Source of the DNA: an uncultured Alphaproteobacteria bacterium
Lineage (GTDB): Bacteria; Pseudomonadota; Alphaproteobacteria; RF32; CAG-239
DNA length: 59,668 nucleotides
Direction of reading: 5' to 3'
Assembly: GCA_944392285.1 (NCBI GenBank)
Contig: CALXWF010000027.1
Coordinates: 1-59,668 of the forward strand
Shown here: positions 27,887-37,794 of the stretch, in pieces
Position numbering within the stretch: position 1 is the first letter of the stretch
Layout of the letters: each line of letters starts with the position of its first letter
Program-made: the position numbers and the translations under genes
Notes under the pieces: model-generated
What the model saw: only the letters and a program-made list of their open reading frames with translations
Database searches by the model: none
What the model was told of the DNA's origin: nothing

Positions 27887-28849
27887 CTAATTTTCGGGCG
27901 CAGGCTTTGGCTCTGAAGGCGGAACCAACTCTTGCAAAGTTCCGACGGCCTTTTTGCGCTTAAGTTTATTCACAAACTTAATAGAGCGCTGAGCATCCCA
28001 TTTTTTCTTCCCTTCTTCGCGCTGAAAAATTTGTTTATAAACCTCAATTGCCTGATCAAACTCTGAAAGTTTGGTCAAACAACTGGCTAAACCGTCATAT
28101 AATTTATGGTGATAACGATTATTATTAATCATCTGCGCCTTTTTATAACACTTAAGCGCATCATTAAACTTCATCATTTTTTGATAAACGAAACCGATAC
28201 TTATCCACGCCTGAATCTCACGATTATCAATATTCAAAATTTTTGTAAAACATTTAATGGCGGAGTTATTATCACCCATCAGCTGATAAGTAACGCCGAC
28301 ACCGTTCCAGGCTTTGATATTATTTTTATCAGTGGATAAAACTTTTTTGAAAAAAGAAATCGCCCGCTCATATTGTTTGAGTTTTTGCAAAGTAACGGCA
28401 ATACTGAGCAGGGTTTGAACATGCTTATTATCAATTTTCATGGCCTGTTCCAAAACATCTAAGGCCTCTTTATATGAAAACATATGCTGCAGGGCAATAG
28501 CTTTACCGTTCAAGGCTTCCAACGAAGTAGGATCAATGGCAAAAGCCTGATCAAAGCATGCAATGGCATCTTTATACAAACCGCGCATACTCAAGGTAAC
28601 GCCCTTATTGTTTAACACCTCGACCGACTGCGGGTTCAAGGCCAATGCTTTATCAAAAAACTCAACCGCCTCAGTATAACGGCTCATTTTTTGAAAGGCA
28701 AAACCCTTACTGTTTAAGGCTTTCCAAGACTGCGGTTGCTCGGCGATAGCCACATCAAACTGTTCGACCGCCTCTTTATACAATCCTTGGTCGAGCATTT
28801 CTTGGCCTCTTTTATAGGCGCTGTTTTCATTCGATTTAACCATATTCAT
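27887..28849 (-). CDS. tetratricopeptide-repeat protein (BatC/BatE-like context)
   Basis: At least 7 consecutive 34-aa TPR units (…A…F..AL..NP…). The start is set at ATG 28849. The upstream extension in the ORF track has no support. Confidence 0.75.
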   Translation of the reverse strand: MNMVKSNENSAYKRGQEMLDQGLYKEAVEQFDVAIAEQPQSWKALNSKGFAFQKMSRYTEAVEFFDKALALNPQSVEVLNNKGVTLSMRGLYKDAIACFDQAFAIDPTSLEALNGKAIALQHMFSYKEALDVLEQAMKIDNKHVQTLLSIAVTLQKLKQYERAISFFKKVLSTDKNNIKAWNGVGVTYQLMGDNNSAIKCFTKILNIDNREIQAWISIGFVYQKMMKFNDALKCYKKAQMINNNRYHHKLYDGLASCLTKLSEFDQAIEVYKQIFQREEGKKKWDAQRSIKFVNKLKRKKAVGTLQELVPPSEPKPAPEN

Positions 28850-28921
28850 TCTCTTTTCAATTATAGTTACAGAATAATTTAGCTTAAAAGCTACCACCAA
28901 TAATCAAAAATGTCAAGATTC

Positions 28922-29875
28922 TCAGCCGATTTTTAGTTGTTTATACAAGGCAATATCCGTTCTCACCTCAATATAATGGCATAAAAACTTATGACAAAAA
29001 TCTTTAAGATTCGCTCTTTTTGCGGCAAAATAATTATGATAAGCCGTCCGAAAAACCTTTGGACGCGAATCAAAAACCAACCCCCTGCCCTTGTTTTCTA
29101 TCATATATTCACCGGCTTTGGGGGCCATTTCTTCCAAGATGTCAAAGACATGCACAAAATAAAGTCGAGCCTTGCGCGCCAAAGCTGCCAAATGCCGCTT
29201 GCTGTTATCTGTCATTTCGGCAAAATCACTGATAATAAAAACCGTGGCATGACTTTTGAGTGACTGTTGCAACAACTGCAAAGCCTTTGCCGCCGACACA
29301 GTGTCTTCAGCCGGCCTCTGCATAATATCTTTGGAGACTTCGGCAATTTTTTTCAAAATGGCAAGCAAACTGTTTTTATGATTTTGCGGCTTAAACAAAT
29401 AGCTTTCCCGCCCGTCAAAAATAATACAGCCGAATCGGTCTTTATTAGCCAAGCTGAGCCAGCCGAGCAAAGCTGCAATTTTAGCCGCCGAAACAGATTT
29501 TAATTCTTTTTTGGTACCAAAGAGCATTTTGGGTGACAAATCAAGAAAGACATAGATTTCTCTGTCTTTTTCTTCGGCATAAAGTTTGGTATAAGGTTTA
29601 AGTTTTCTGGCCGTTACTCGCCAATCAATATCACGCACGTCATCGCCGAAATTATAAGCTCTGATTTCTTCAAACTCCATACCTCGACCCTTAAAAGCCG
29701 ACTTAACGTCTCCGGCCTGTTGAGAAGTTGCAAGCCGCACATTAAGTTCCCGAATATAAGCGGCATTTTTACGCTCGGCAATGAGTTCATCAATGGTTGC
29801 AAACAAACCGCCGCCGTTTTTAATCGCTGCCTGCTTCTTAAAAATGCGTGCTTTAATGTTTTCTAAAATAACCAT
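28922..29875 (-). CDS. DUF58 domain protein (vWA-like, MoxR partner)
   Basis: …FGDDVRDIDWRVTARKLKPYTKLYAEEKDREIYVFLDLS… is the DUF58 signature. It lies downstream of a MoxR ATPase. Confidence 0.8.
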   Translation of the reverse strand: MVILENIKARIFKKQAAIKNGGGLFATIDELIAERKNAAYIRELNVRLATSQQAGDVKSAFKGRGMEFEEIRAYNFGDDVRDIDWRVTARKLKPYTKLYAEEKDREIYVFLDLSPKMLFGTKKELKSVSAAKIAALLGWLSLANKDRFGCIIFDGRESYLFKPQNHKNSLLAILKKIAEVSKDIMQRPAEDTVSAAKALQLLQQSLKSHATVFIISDFAEMTDNSKRHLAALARKARLYFVHVFDILEEMAPKAGEYMIENKGRGLVFDSRPKVFRTAYHNYFAAKRANLKDFCHKFLCHYIEVRTDIALYKQLKIG

Positions 29876-30027
29876 GTCTTATCTCGATTCAAAAAACACC
29901 CCCCAAAAAACTTGAAGAACAAGGCGAGTAGAGTAATTTCCTGCGGTGAAAAATTTTAGCGTACAAAAGTATATAAATTTTTGAGACCGCGCAAAATTGC
30001 TCTAATCACCCGTTATGCAAGTTTTCA

Positions 30028-30990
30028 TCATGGTAACGGAACAGCTGACAACAGGCGCGATATTACCTCATCTGTCGTCATACCTTCGGCCTGAGCCTCA
30101 AACGTCAAAATAATTCTGTGGCGCAAAATATCATAAATCACGTCATGAATATCTTCAGGCGTAACAAAATCACGCCCGTTAAGCCAAGCATTGATTTTGG
30201 CGCATCTGTCAAGCGCAATGGTTGCACGCGGACTGGCTCCATATTGGACATAACCGGCAAGCTGATTGTCATAACGTTCCGGATGTCTGGTGGCAACAAT
30301 AAGCTGCACCAAATATTCCTCAACGGCCTCACTGGTATGAACCGACAAGACCTCGGTTCTGGCAGCTAAAATATCTTCTATCTGCAATTTGGCAAAACCG
30401 CTCTGCGGCGCTTGAGCCACCTCACCGCGCACCAAATTAAGAATTTTTTTCTCAACCGCGGCATCGGGTTGGTCAATTTTAATATACATCAAAAAGCGGT
30501 CAAGCTGAGCTTCGGGCAAATTATAAGTTCCCTCATGTTCGATAGGGTTTTGGGTTGCCATAACCATAAAGAGCTGGGGCAAGACATAACGCTTACCGCC
30601 GACGCTGACTTGTCTTTCTGCCATTGCTTCAAGCAATGCCGACTGCACCTTTGCCGGCGCACGGTTAATTTCATCAGCCAGAATCAAATTAGCAAAAACC
30701 GGCCCTTTTCGAAACTCAAATTCTCCCTTTTGTGCCACGTAAATTTCGCTTCCGGTAATATCAGACGGCAACAAATCAGGCGTAAACTGAATACGATTAT
30801 ATTCAGCACTGACGGAATCGGCCAAAGTTTTAATTGCTTTGGTTTTGGCCAACCCCGGAGCCCCTTCGACCAAAGCATGACCGTCTGCCAACATGGTAAT
30901 CAGCAACTTTTTGGTCAAATCTTCCTGACCGATAATTTTAGAATCTAAAAAGTTTTTTAAGCCGATAATTTTTTCTTTAATTTCTGACAT
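30028..30990 (-). CDS. MoxR family AAA+ ATPase
   Basis: Walker A GAPGLAKT, Walker B ILADEINRA, and …ATQNPIEHEGTYNLPEAQLDRF… are all typical of the AAA_3/MoxR family. Confidence 0.9.
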   Translation of the reverse strand: MSEIKEKIIGLKNFLDSKIIGQEDLTKKLLITMLADGHALVEGAPGLAKTKAIKTLADSVSAEYNRIQFTPDLLPSDITGSEIYVAQKGEFEFRKGPVFANLILADEINRAPAKVQSALLEAMAERQVSVGGKRYVLPQLFMVMATQNPIEHEGTYNLPEAQLDRFLMYIKIDQPDAAVEKKILNLVRGEVAQAPQSGFAKLQIEDILAARTEVLSVHTSEAVEEYLVQLIVATRHPERYDNQLAGYVQYGASPRATIALDRCAKINAWLNGRDFVTPEDIHDVIYDILRHRIILTFEAQAEGMTTDEVISRLLSAVPLP

Positions 30991-31002
30991 ATTTCAGCAC
31001 CT

Positions 31003-31944
31003 CTACAAATTGGCAATACGGTTCAAAAAGGTATGATACTCGTCTAAAACCACGCGTTTCATGGTTTCATTACCCAGAAAATCAAACAAATCCACTGCCC
31101 GTTTATAATGACGTTTGGCGCGTTCAAAATCCCCTTGTGCTCTATCAAAAGCCTCAACCCTTGCCAAATAGAGCAAAGCTTCGGCCTCGGCAAAATGATG
31201 CGCCAATTTTCCGTATAAATAAACTGATTTCATTAAGGCTTTGCGCGCATTTTCAATATCGCGAATAATATAGCGCAAACAGCCGATAGCTGACAAAGCG
31301 CTGGCCTCACCGAGCAAATCGCCGTTTTCACGATACAGCATTCTGCATCTTTCCAAGACCTCATGAGCCTCTTCATATTTTTTTTGTTTCATATAAATTC
31401 TGGCAATCGCCCGCAGAGAAGCCGCTTCTTTAAGGCCGATTCCGTCCGTGCGGAATAATTCAGAAGCTTTTTTATAAGCCTCCAAAGCCTCGGCTTCTTT
31501 GTTTTGCACCATTAAGACATAGGCCTCTTGCTCATAGGCATCTCCGAGCAAATCATGACTGTTATTTGCCTCAAGAACTTCTTGGGCTTTTTGGGTTGTT
31601 TGCAAGGCCTTTGCCAACTCTCCCTCATCGGCATAAACTTTGGCAAGTTTAATTAAAATATCGCCATAAGTATTTTGTGCAAAATCTTTATGTTTAACCA
31701 AGTCGGCCGCGACTTTTAACACCTCTGCCGCACGAGAAAAATTATCCAAACTAAGTTCAAGTTCCCCGAGTCGGGTTAAGGCAAAAGCCTCTCCTTCGAC
31801 ATCGTCTTTTTGGTGATATAATCCGGCGGATTTTTCATATTTTGCGGCTGCTTCATCATATTTTCCGGCTTTCCAGAGGTCATCACCTTCCTGAAAAACA
31901 CTTGCGGCTTCGGTAACAAATTTTCCTTGAGAGGTTCTGGGCAT
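31003..31944 (-). CDS. tetratricopeptide-repeat protein
   Basis: Repeated 40-aa helical hairpins (…EA…Y..A..L…). It lies 12 nt upstream of moxR on the same strand. GGAG SD. Confidence 0.7.
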   Translation of the reverse strand: MPRTSQGKFVTEAASVFQEGDDLWKAGKYDEAAAKYEKSAGLYHQKDDVEGEAFALTRLGELELSLDNFSRAAEVLKVAADLVKHKDFAQNTYGDILIKLAKVYADEGELAKALQTTQKAQEVLEANNSHDLLGDAYEQEAYVLMVQNKEAEALEAYKKASELFRTDGIGLKEAASLRAIARIYMKQKKYEEAHEVLERCRMLYRENGDLLGEASALSAIGCLRYIIRDIENARKALMKSVYLYGKLAHHFAEAEALLYLARVEAFDRAQGDFERAKRHYKRAVDLFDFLGNETMKRVVLDEYHTFLNRIANL

Positions 31945-32021
31945 AATTAAAAACTCCTTTGCAAAAGACTATTAATATTATATATATTGCTTAAGCTTAA
32001 AAAAAACAAGAAGTAATAAAA

Positions 32022-34361
32022 ATGGATGAAATATTTGATTTAGAAGAACCGCAAACTTATGACAACATCAGCAAACTGACGCCGAGTTTTCCTTGGTTGG
32101 AAATGCTCAATCCCGAACAGCGTCAGGCTGTTGAAACCACCGAAGGTCCCGTTTTGGTTTTATCGGGAGCCGGCACCGGCAAAACCAAGGTTTTGACCAC
32201 GCGTTTGGCCTATATTTTGGCACGTCGCCTGGCCAACCCGTGGAATTGTTTGGTTGTCACTTTTACCAACCGCGCCGCCCGTGAAATGAAAGAACGCGTT
32301 CAAGGCCTCATCGGTGACATGGCATCATCTGTCTGGCTCGGCACTTTTCACGGTGTCTGTGTCAAAATCTTACAACGCCACGCCGAGCTTGTCGGTCTGC
32401 ACAACAACTTTACCATTTTAGGCGAAGACGACCAAAAACGTCTGATAAAACAAATTCTGGAAGCTGAAGGCATTGACACAAAAAAATATCCGCCTCAGGC
32501 GATTCTTGATAAAATAAGCCGCTGGAAAGATAAAGGTTTAACCGTTGATAAAATCGGCAGTGAATTTAAGGAAACTGTCGTCACCCACGTTTATAAACTC
32601 TACCAAGCCAGACTCTTGGAGCTCAACTGTGTAGATTTCGGCGACATCATTTTATATTCACTCAATATTTTGCTGTCCAATCCCGATATTTTGGCAGATT
32701 ATCAAGAGCGCTTCAAATATATTATGGTAGATGAGTATCAAGACACCAACGTCACCCAATATCTGCTCATTCGATTATTATCGCAAAAATATCGCAACCT
32801 ATGTTGCGTCGGTGATGACGATCAATCCATTTATTCTTGGCGAGGTGCCGAAATTGAAAATATTTTACGTTTTGGTAAAGACTTTACCGATGCCAAGACC
32901 ATAAGATTAGAGCGCAACTACCGCTCAACCGCCAACATTTTGGCCGCGGCCTCAAACCTCATCAGCCACAATCAAGGACGTTTGGGCAAAACCTTAAAAG
33001 TAGCTGAAAACAGTCCGGCCCAACAATGTGAAAACAGTAAAATTAAAATCATCAGCACCTACAGCGGCGAAGAAGAAGCTCAATATGTTGCCGAACAAAT
33101 TGAAAATTTGCACCGCATGGGAGAATCTTATGCCCAAATGGCCGTACTGGTTCGCACGGCGTTTCAAACCCGTGAGTTTGAAGAAAAATTCATTGCCGAG
33201 GCGATTCCCTATCAAGTAATCGGCGGCCCGAAGTTTTATGAACGCGCCGAAATCAGAGATGCCTTGGCTTATTTTCGGGTTGTTTTACAACCTCATGATG
33301 ATTTGGCTTTAGAACGCATCATTAACAAACCGGCACGCGGTATCGGCGCCAAATCGGTTGAAAAATTTCAAACCGAAGCGCGCGACCACCATCTGTCCAT
33401 GTATATGGCTATTGAAAAGATGTTACAAGAAGGCGCCATCAGCGGCAAAAGCAAAACCGCCCTATCCATGTTAATGAAACAATTTGCGGAATGGCGGCAA
33501 ATGTTAAACGTTTTGCCCCCTGATGAACTGGCATCCCAAATTCTTGAAGACTGCGGCTATTTTGAGATGCTCAAAAACGACAAATCGGTTGAAGCCCCCG
33601 GCCGCATTGAAAACCTCAAAGAACTTATCGGTGTTTTGGGAGATAAAGAAAAATATCCCACACTTGCCGCTTTTATGGAACATGTCAGCCTGGTAATGGA
33701 TAAAGACGATGTTTTAGACTCAAACAAAGTCATGCTCATTACCCTACACTCTGCCAAAGGCTTAGAATTTGACACTGTCTTCCTGCCCGGTTGGGAAGAA
33801 GGCTTGTTTCCACACCAACGCAGCTTAGATGAAAACGGCAGCGAAGCTCTGGAAGAAGAACGCCGCCTGGCCTATGTCGCCATTACCCGCGCCAAGAAAA
33901 AACTCTACATTTTAACCGCGCTCAACCGTCGCATTTACGGACAATGGCAAAACAACATTCCCTCGCGTTTTATTAATGAGCTGCCGCCTGAGAACATTGA
34001 AATCTGCAACCAATCTGCCAGATATTTCACCTCGGATTACCCGTCATCAAACTCCGGCAAAAACTTCTGGGGCGTAAAGAAAACAAACATCCGTGAATAT
34101 AAAGACAGTGATCGTTTTACCTACACCAGAGAATATGACACGGATTATGATGCCGCCGAAGACACTTGGTCCGGCAACATTTATCAAGCCAAGCAAGCAG
34201 CCAAAAATGCTTTGAGCAACACGCCGACCGGCACCAAAGTTTATCACCAAACTTTCGGTTACGGCAAAGTCATGGCCGTTGACGGCAACAAACTTGAAAT
34301 TTTCTTTGAAAACTATGGGCATAAGAGGCTAATGAAAGACTATGTCAAAAAAGTCGGATAA
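32022..34361 (+). CDS. uvrD: ATP-dependent DNA helicase, UvrD/PcrA (SF1) family
   Basis: Walker A SGAGTGKT, DEYQDTN, NYRST, …TLHSAKGLEFD…, VAITRAK. C-terminal Tudor-like tail (…VYHQTFGYGKVMAV…). Confidence 0.88.
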   Translation: MDEIFDLEEPQTYDNISKLTPSFPWLEMLNPEQRQAVETTEGPVLVLSGAGTGKTKVLTTRLAYILARRLANPWNCLVVTFTNRAAREMKERVQGLIGDMASSVWLGTFHGVCVKILQRHAELVGLHNNFTILGEDDQKRLIKQILEAEGIDTKKYPPQAILDKISRWKDKGLTVDKIGSEFKETVVTHVYKLYQARLLELNCVDFGDIILYSLNILLSNPDILADYQERFKYIMVDEYQDTNVTQYLLIRLLSQKYRNLCCVGDDDQSIYSWRGAEIENILRFGKDFTDAKTIRLERNYRSTANILAAASNLISHNQGRLGKTLKVAENSPAQQCENSKIKIISTYSGEEEAQYVAEQIENLHRMGESYAQMAVLVRTAFQTREFEEKFIAEAIPYQVIGGPKFYERAEIRDALAYFRVVLQPHDDLALERIINKPARGIGAKSVEKFQTEARDHHLSMYMAIEKMLQEGAISGKSKTALSMLMKQFAEWRQMLNVLPPDELASQILEDCGYFEMLKNDKSVEAPGRIENLKELIGVLGDKEKYPTLAAFMEHVSLVMDKDDVLDSNKVMLITLHSAKGLEFDTVFLPGWEEGLFPHQRSLDENGSEALEEERRLAYVAITRAKKKLYILTALNRRIYGQWQNNIPSRFINELPPENIEICNQSARYFTSDYPSSNSGKNFWGVKKTNIREYKDSDRFTYTREYDTDYDAAEDTWSGNIYQAKQAAKNALSNTPTGTKVYHQTFGYGKVMAVDGNKLEIFFENYGHKRLMKDYVKKVG

Positions 34362-34435
34362 AAAAGCCCAAACCACCCATTGTTTTTAAAAGGACAAAGG
34401 TTATATTTCACGAAAAAAACAAACGGAGAATTCTA

Positions 34436-35323
34436 ATGAGCAAAAAATTTCTGGCATTTGATATCGGCGGCACCAAAATCAGCCACGCCCTTATTGATGA
34501 AAACGGCACCTTATTAAGCGAAAGCCAAAAGCACGCCACCCCCCAAAGCACGGAAGAAATTTTTGCTCTGTTACACTCCATCATTGCCGAACATGAACAA
34601 GAGATAGAAGCCGTTGCCATCGCCACCGCCGGTGAGGTCAGCCTCAAACATGACCGCATTATAGCCTCTGTTGGCAATATGCCTGCCGGCTATCATGACA
34701 TTGACTTTCAGGCTCTTACAAACAAACCCGTTTATGTTGAAAATGATGCCAACGCCGCTCTTTGGGGCGAATATTGTTGTGGGGCCGCCCGCAACAAAAA
34801 ACATGCCATGTTGGTTGCCATCGGCACCGGTGTCGGCATTGCTTTTTTAATAGACGGCAAAATGCTCAAAGGCAAATCCGGCGCTGCCGGAGAAGCCCAC
34901 TTCAGCATCAACCGCGGCCATCATCGTCGTTGCGGCTGCGGTGCTTATGACTGTTATGAAATTTATGCCTCTGGCACTGCCTTAGGGCTGGATGCCAAAG
35001 AAGCCTACCAAGATGCAAACGTTGACAGCCACACAATTATCCAAGGAATAAAACAAGGAGATGAACGAGCACAAAAAGTCTTTGACCATTGGCAAGAAAA
35101 CGTTACTTCCGGCATTATCGGCCTTGTAAATATCTTTGACCCCGAAATTGTCATTTTATTTGGCTCTTTGACAGAGTTTATGGACTATGACAAGATTGAA
35201 AAAGCCGTGAACCAAGACATAACCGCCGAGCCGATTCAGCTTAAGCGCGCAACCCTTAAAAATAATGCCGCCATAATTGGCGCCGCCTTAATTGCCAAAG
35301 ACTGCCTTCAAGCCGCAAACTAA
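34436..35323 (+). CDS. ROK family sugar kinase (glucokinase-like)
   Basis: N-terminal FDIGGTKIS ATP-binding motif, ENDANAA, and the ROK zinc motif CGCGAYDCYE. No HTH domain. Confidence 0.8.
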   Translation: MSKKFLAFDIGGTKISHALIDENGTLLSESQKHATPQSTEEIFALLHSIIAEHEQEIEAVAIATAGEVSLKHDRIIASVGNMPAGYHDIDFQALTNKPVYVENDANAALWGEYCCGAARNKKHAMLVAIGTGVGIAFLIDGKMLKGKSGAAGEAHFSINRGHHRRCGCGAYDCYEIYASGTALGLDAKEAYQDANVDSHTIIQGIKQGDERAQKVFDHWQENVTSGIIGLVNIFDPEIVILFGSLTEFMDYDKIEKAVNQDITAEPIQLKRATLKNNAAIIGAALIAKDCLQAAN

Positions 35324-35411
35324 AGTTGCTTGTGGGGAAGATTTGCAAAATTTTTGACTTTCCGGACAAAGGTTTTATACTGCGGAAAAAGAAAATAAAA
35401 TTGAGGCCGCA

Positions 35412-36590
35412 ATGTCTGCACAAAAACTTTATCTGAATGCTGTTCAATTCAAAGCAGAGTTGGATCGTTGCTTAAACTGCAAAAACCAACCCTGCATGCA
35501 TGCCTGTCCGGTAAATTGCAATCCGCAAGAATTTATCAATCAAGCGAAATCCGGCAACTATGCCGAGGCCGTACGCACCATCGGGCGCAACAATCCGCTG
35601 GGGCAAACCTGCGGGCTTATTTGTCCGGACAAATTTTGCATGTCAGCCTGCACGCGCAGCAAAATAGATTTTGCCATCAACATTCCCAAAGTCCAAGCCA
35701 CCATACTTGAAAATTATCGCCATCTGGCACCCAAAGCACCCAACCCGAGCTACAACGGCAGTGACATTGCCATTATCGGTGCCGGTCCGGCGGGAATGAG
35801 TGCGGCAGCGGTTCTCAGCCGCTTGGGGTATAAAATTACGATTTTTGAAGCCTCATCACGCATCGGCGGCGCCTTAAACATGATTCCAAGTGAACGTCTG
35901 CCGCATGAAACTATCGAAAAAGACTGGGAATCCATCGTTGATGAAAACTTAATCGACCTTAGGCTTAACACCAAAATTGATAACCCGGCCAAACTTCTGA
36001 ACAAATATGCCGGCATTATCATTGCCTCGGGCGAACCGAACTGCGCCGTATTACAAATTCCGGGCGAAGAAAATTGTCTTTGCCACATAGATTATCTGCA
36101 AAACCCGCAAAAATACAAAACCTGCGGACGCGTTGCCGTCATCGGCGGTGGCTGCGTTGCGGCCGATTGTGCTTTCACGGCAAAAGCCAACGGAGCATCT
36201 GCGGTTGAAATGTTTGTCAGAAGACGCCTCTCTGACATGCGCATTACCAGACGCGAATATTTGGAACTTCTAAACAAACAAATAGACATTTCCCCCCTTT
36301 CAAGCCCCGTAAAAGCAGAAAATAAAGACGGCCAAATCTCCCTCTTCGTCCGACGCAATCGCTTCTCTGCCGATAAAATTGAAGCAATTCCCGATTCGAC
36401 GGTTGAAATTCCGGGCTACGCATTAATTATCAAAGCCGTCGGCTCATACAGCGGCCCCATGATAGAGCACAACCGCATCATTTATGCCGGAGATTGCAAA
36501 CACGGCGGTTCAACCATTGTTGAAGCCATTGCCTCCGGACGCTCGGCTGCCTTTATCCTCAACGAGCGTTTGACGGCATCGGCAGCCTAA
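35412..36590 (+). CDS. FAD/NAD(P)-dependent oxidoreductase with N-terminal Fe-S domain (GltD/PreT/AegA family)
   Basis: Cys clusters (CLNCKNQPC…CP, …CGLICP…C…C) followed by the IAIIGAGPAGMSAA dinucleotide-binding motif and a second Rossmann motif, VAVIGGGCVA. Confidence 0.75.
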   Translation: MSAQKLYLNAVQFKAELDRCLNCKNQPCMHACPVNCNPQEFINQAKSGNYAEAVRTIGRNNPLGQTCGLICPDKFCMSACTRSKIDFAINIPKVQATILENYRHLAPKAPNPSYNGSDIAIIGAGPAGMSAAAVLSRLGYKITIFEASSRIGGALNMIPSERLPHETIEKDWESIVDENLIDLRLNTKIDNPAKLLNKYAGIIIASGEPNCAVLQIPGEENCLCHIDYLQNPQKYKTCGRVAVIGGGCVAADCAFTAKANGASAVEMFVRRRLSDMRITRREYLELLNKQIDISPLSSPVKAENKDGQISLFVRRNRFSADKIEAIPDSTVEIPGYALIIKAVGSYSGPMIEHNRIIYAGDCKHGGSTIVEAIASGRSAAFILNERLTASAA

Positions 36591-36598
36591 AATAGCAC

Positions 36599-36636
36599 TT
36601 GACAACTTTTATATATATAGTTTATGATATATATCA
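36599..36636 (+). promoter_or_regulatory. sigma70-type promoter with an overlapping palindromic operator candidate
   Basis: TTGACA (36599-36604)-N18-TATGAT (36623-36628). A perfect 12-bp palindrome TGATATATATCA (36625-36636) overlaps the -10 element. A GGAG SD precedes the ATG at 36664. Confidence 0.5.
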
Positions 36637-36663
36637 GAAATAAAATATAATTGGAGAATTAAA

Positions 36664-37200
36664 ATGCAATTTTTGTTCATTATTGCTTCCTTATTGTTTA
36701 TCCCTTTCAAACAAGCATTCGCCAACCCTGCTTGCGCCGTTTGCACCATTGCCGTCGGCGCCTCGCTTGAAATTGCACGCCAGTTCGGTGTTGATGACAG
36801 TGTTATCGGTGTTTGGGCCGGTGCTTTTTTAGCACTTATCGGCTTTTGGACCATCAAATGGTTTGATAAAAAAGGGTGGAACTTCAAAGGGCGTGATTTT
36901 TGGCTGATTACACTTTCCGTTGCCATGATTGGCTTTGTCTATATCAGCGAAATTCCTTATGCCCCGCGCGCCATTTTATTTTTCTATATGGATCCCTTTT
37001 TATTCAGCACGATTTTAGGCGCATTGGTTCTGATATATTCTTCCGAATTTTATCAGTGGATGAAAAGACGCAACGGCGGCCACGCGCATTTTCCTTTTGA
37101 AAAAGTTGTGGTACCGGTTTTGGCACTGACACTTCTCAGCATTTATTTTAATTATTTTCCGCTGTGCCAAAAAATCGATGATACCTTATATAATTTATAG
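36664..37200 (+). CDS. membrane protein with periplasm-facing CxxC (hypothetical, 178 aa)
   Basis: Signal-like N-terminus (…KQAFA/NP) followed directly by CAVC. Four further hydrophobic segments have K/R-rich loops on alternating sides. The last Cys sits at the end of the final segment. Confidence 0.6.
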   Translation: MQFLFIIASLLFIPFKQAFANPACAVCTIAVGASLEIARQFGVDDSVIGVWAGAFLALIGFWTIKWFDKKGWNFKGRDFWLITLSVAMIGFVYISEIPYAPRAILFFYMDPFLFSTILGALVLIYSSEFYQWMKRRNGGHAHFPFEKVVVPVLALTLLSIYFNYFPLCQKIDDTLYNL

Positions 37201-37210
37201 GAGATAAGAC

Positions 37211-37783
37211 ATGAATAAAGCTAAAAACGTAAAAGAATTTGTAGAGCGGATTGACAGCGCCAAAAAAGTCAACCCCAAAGACCTCTCCTCCGACCAAGAC
37301 TTAACGATTGGCATTATGAACCTCATATCGATTGAAGAGCATCTGATGTTCTCCGGCGCCAAGACCGGAAAGACCTCTTTTTATGATCTGATTGAACAAG
37401 TTCGTGAATTGCGCAAAACCCTCATGCAAAAAGTAATTCCGCAGTATGAAGGTGAAGTTTGGTGCATTTCCAAACACTTGTTAGCCTCTTCCATGCGTTT
37501 AATGGAGGTTGGCACCAAACAACAAAGCCTCGGTCATAAAGAACAAGCCTATGAACTGTTTAACCAAGCCTATGATTTATACTGCCTGTTTTGGGGGTTA
37601 AACATGAATATGCTTGACATCAAAGACGTCAAATGGGTTGAAGACAAGCTAGAAGATGTCAAACAAATTTCCGCCAAAGCTGAGGCAGCGGTAAAAACCG
37701 CAACCGTTGAAGAACAACCGCAAGGCGCTCTTGCCAAGATGAAGGCTTTTGTTCGCAAAGCCGTTGACTGTTGCATTGAATAA
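37211..37783 (+). CDS. hypothetical soluble protein (190 aa) ending in a Cys-Cys tail
   Basis: AGGAG SD. Helical composition, no signal peptide. C-terminus …AVDCCIE. No family recognised. Confidence 0.55.
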   Translation: MNKAKNVKEFVERIDSAKKVNPKDLSSDQDLTIGIMNLISIEEHLMFSGAKTGKTSFYDLIEQVRELRKTLMQKVIPQYEGEVWCISKHLLASSMRLMEVGTKQQSLGHKEQAYELFNQAYDLYCLFWGLNMNMLDIKDVKWVEDKLEDVKQISAKAEAAVKTATVEEQPQGALAKMKAFVRKAVDCCIE

Positions 37784-37794
37784 GGGGCCAAAAG

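Noticed and set aside
29897-29910. C6 (G6 on the coding strand) homopolymer flanked by A6 runs as a phase-variation switch for the DUF58 gene
   Set aside because: Six residues is short for efficient slippage, and the tract is intergenic rather than within an ORF or between -35 and -10 elements I can identify. It is mentioned only as part of the structured spacer.
31971-31987. PerR-box-like sequence ATTAATATTATATATAT upstream of the TPR-MoxR operon
   Set aside because: Only one half-site resembles TTATAAT. The other half matches about 4/7 positions in an almost pure A/T stretch. That is too weak to claim PerR control of the Bat-like operon.
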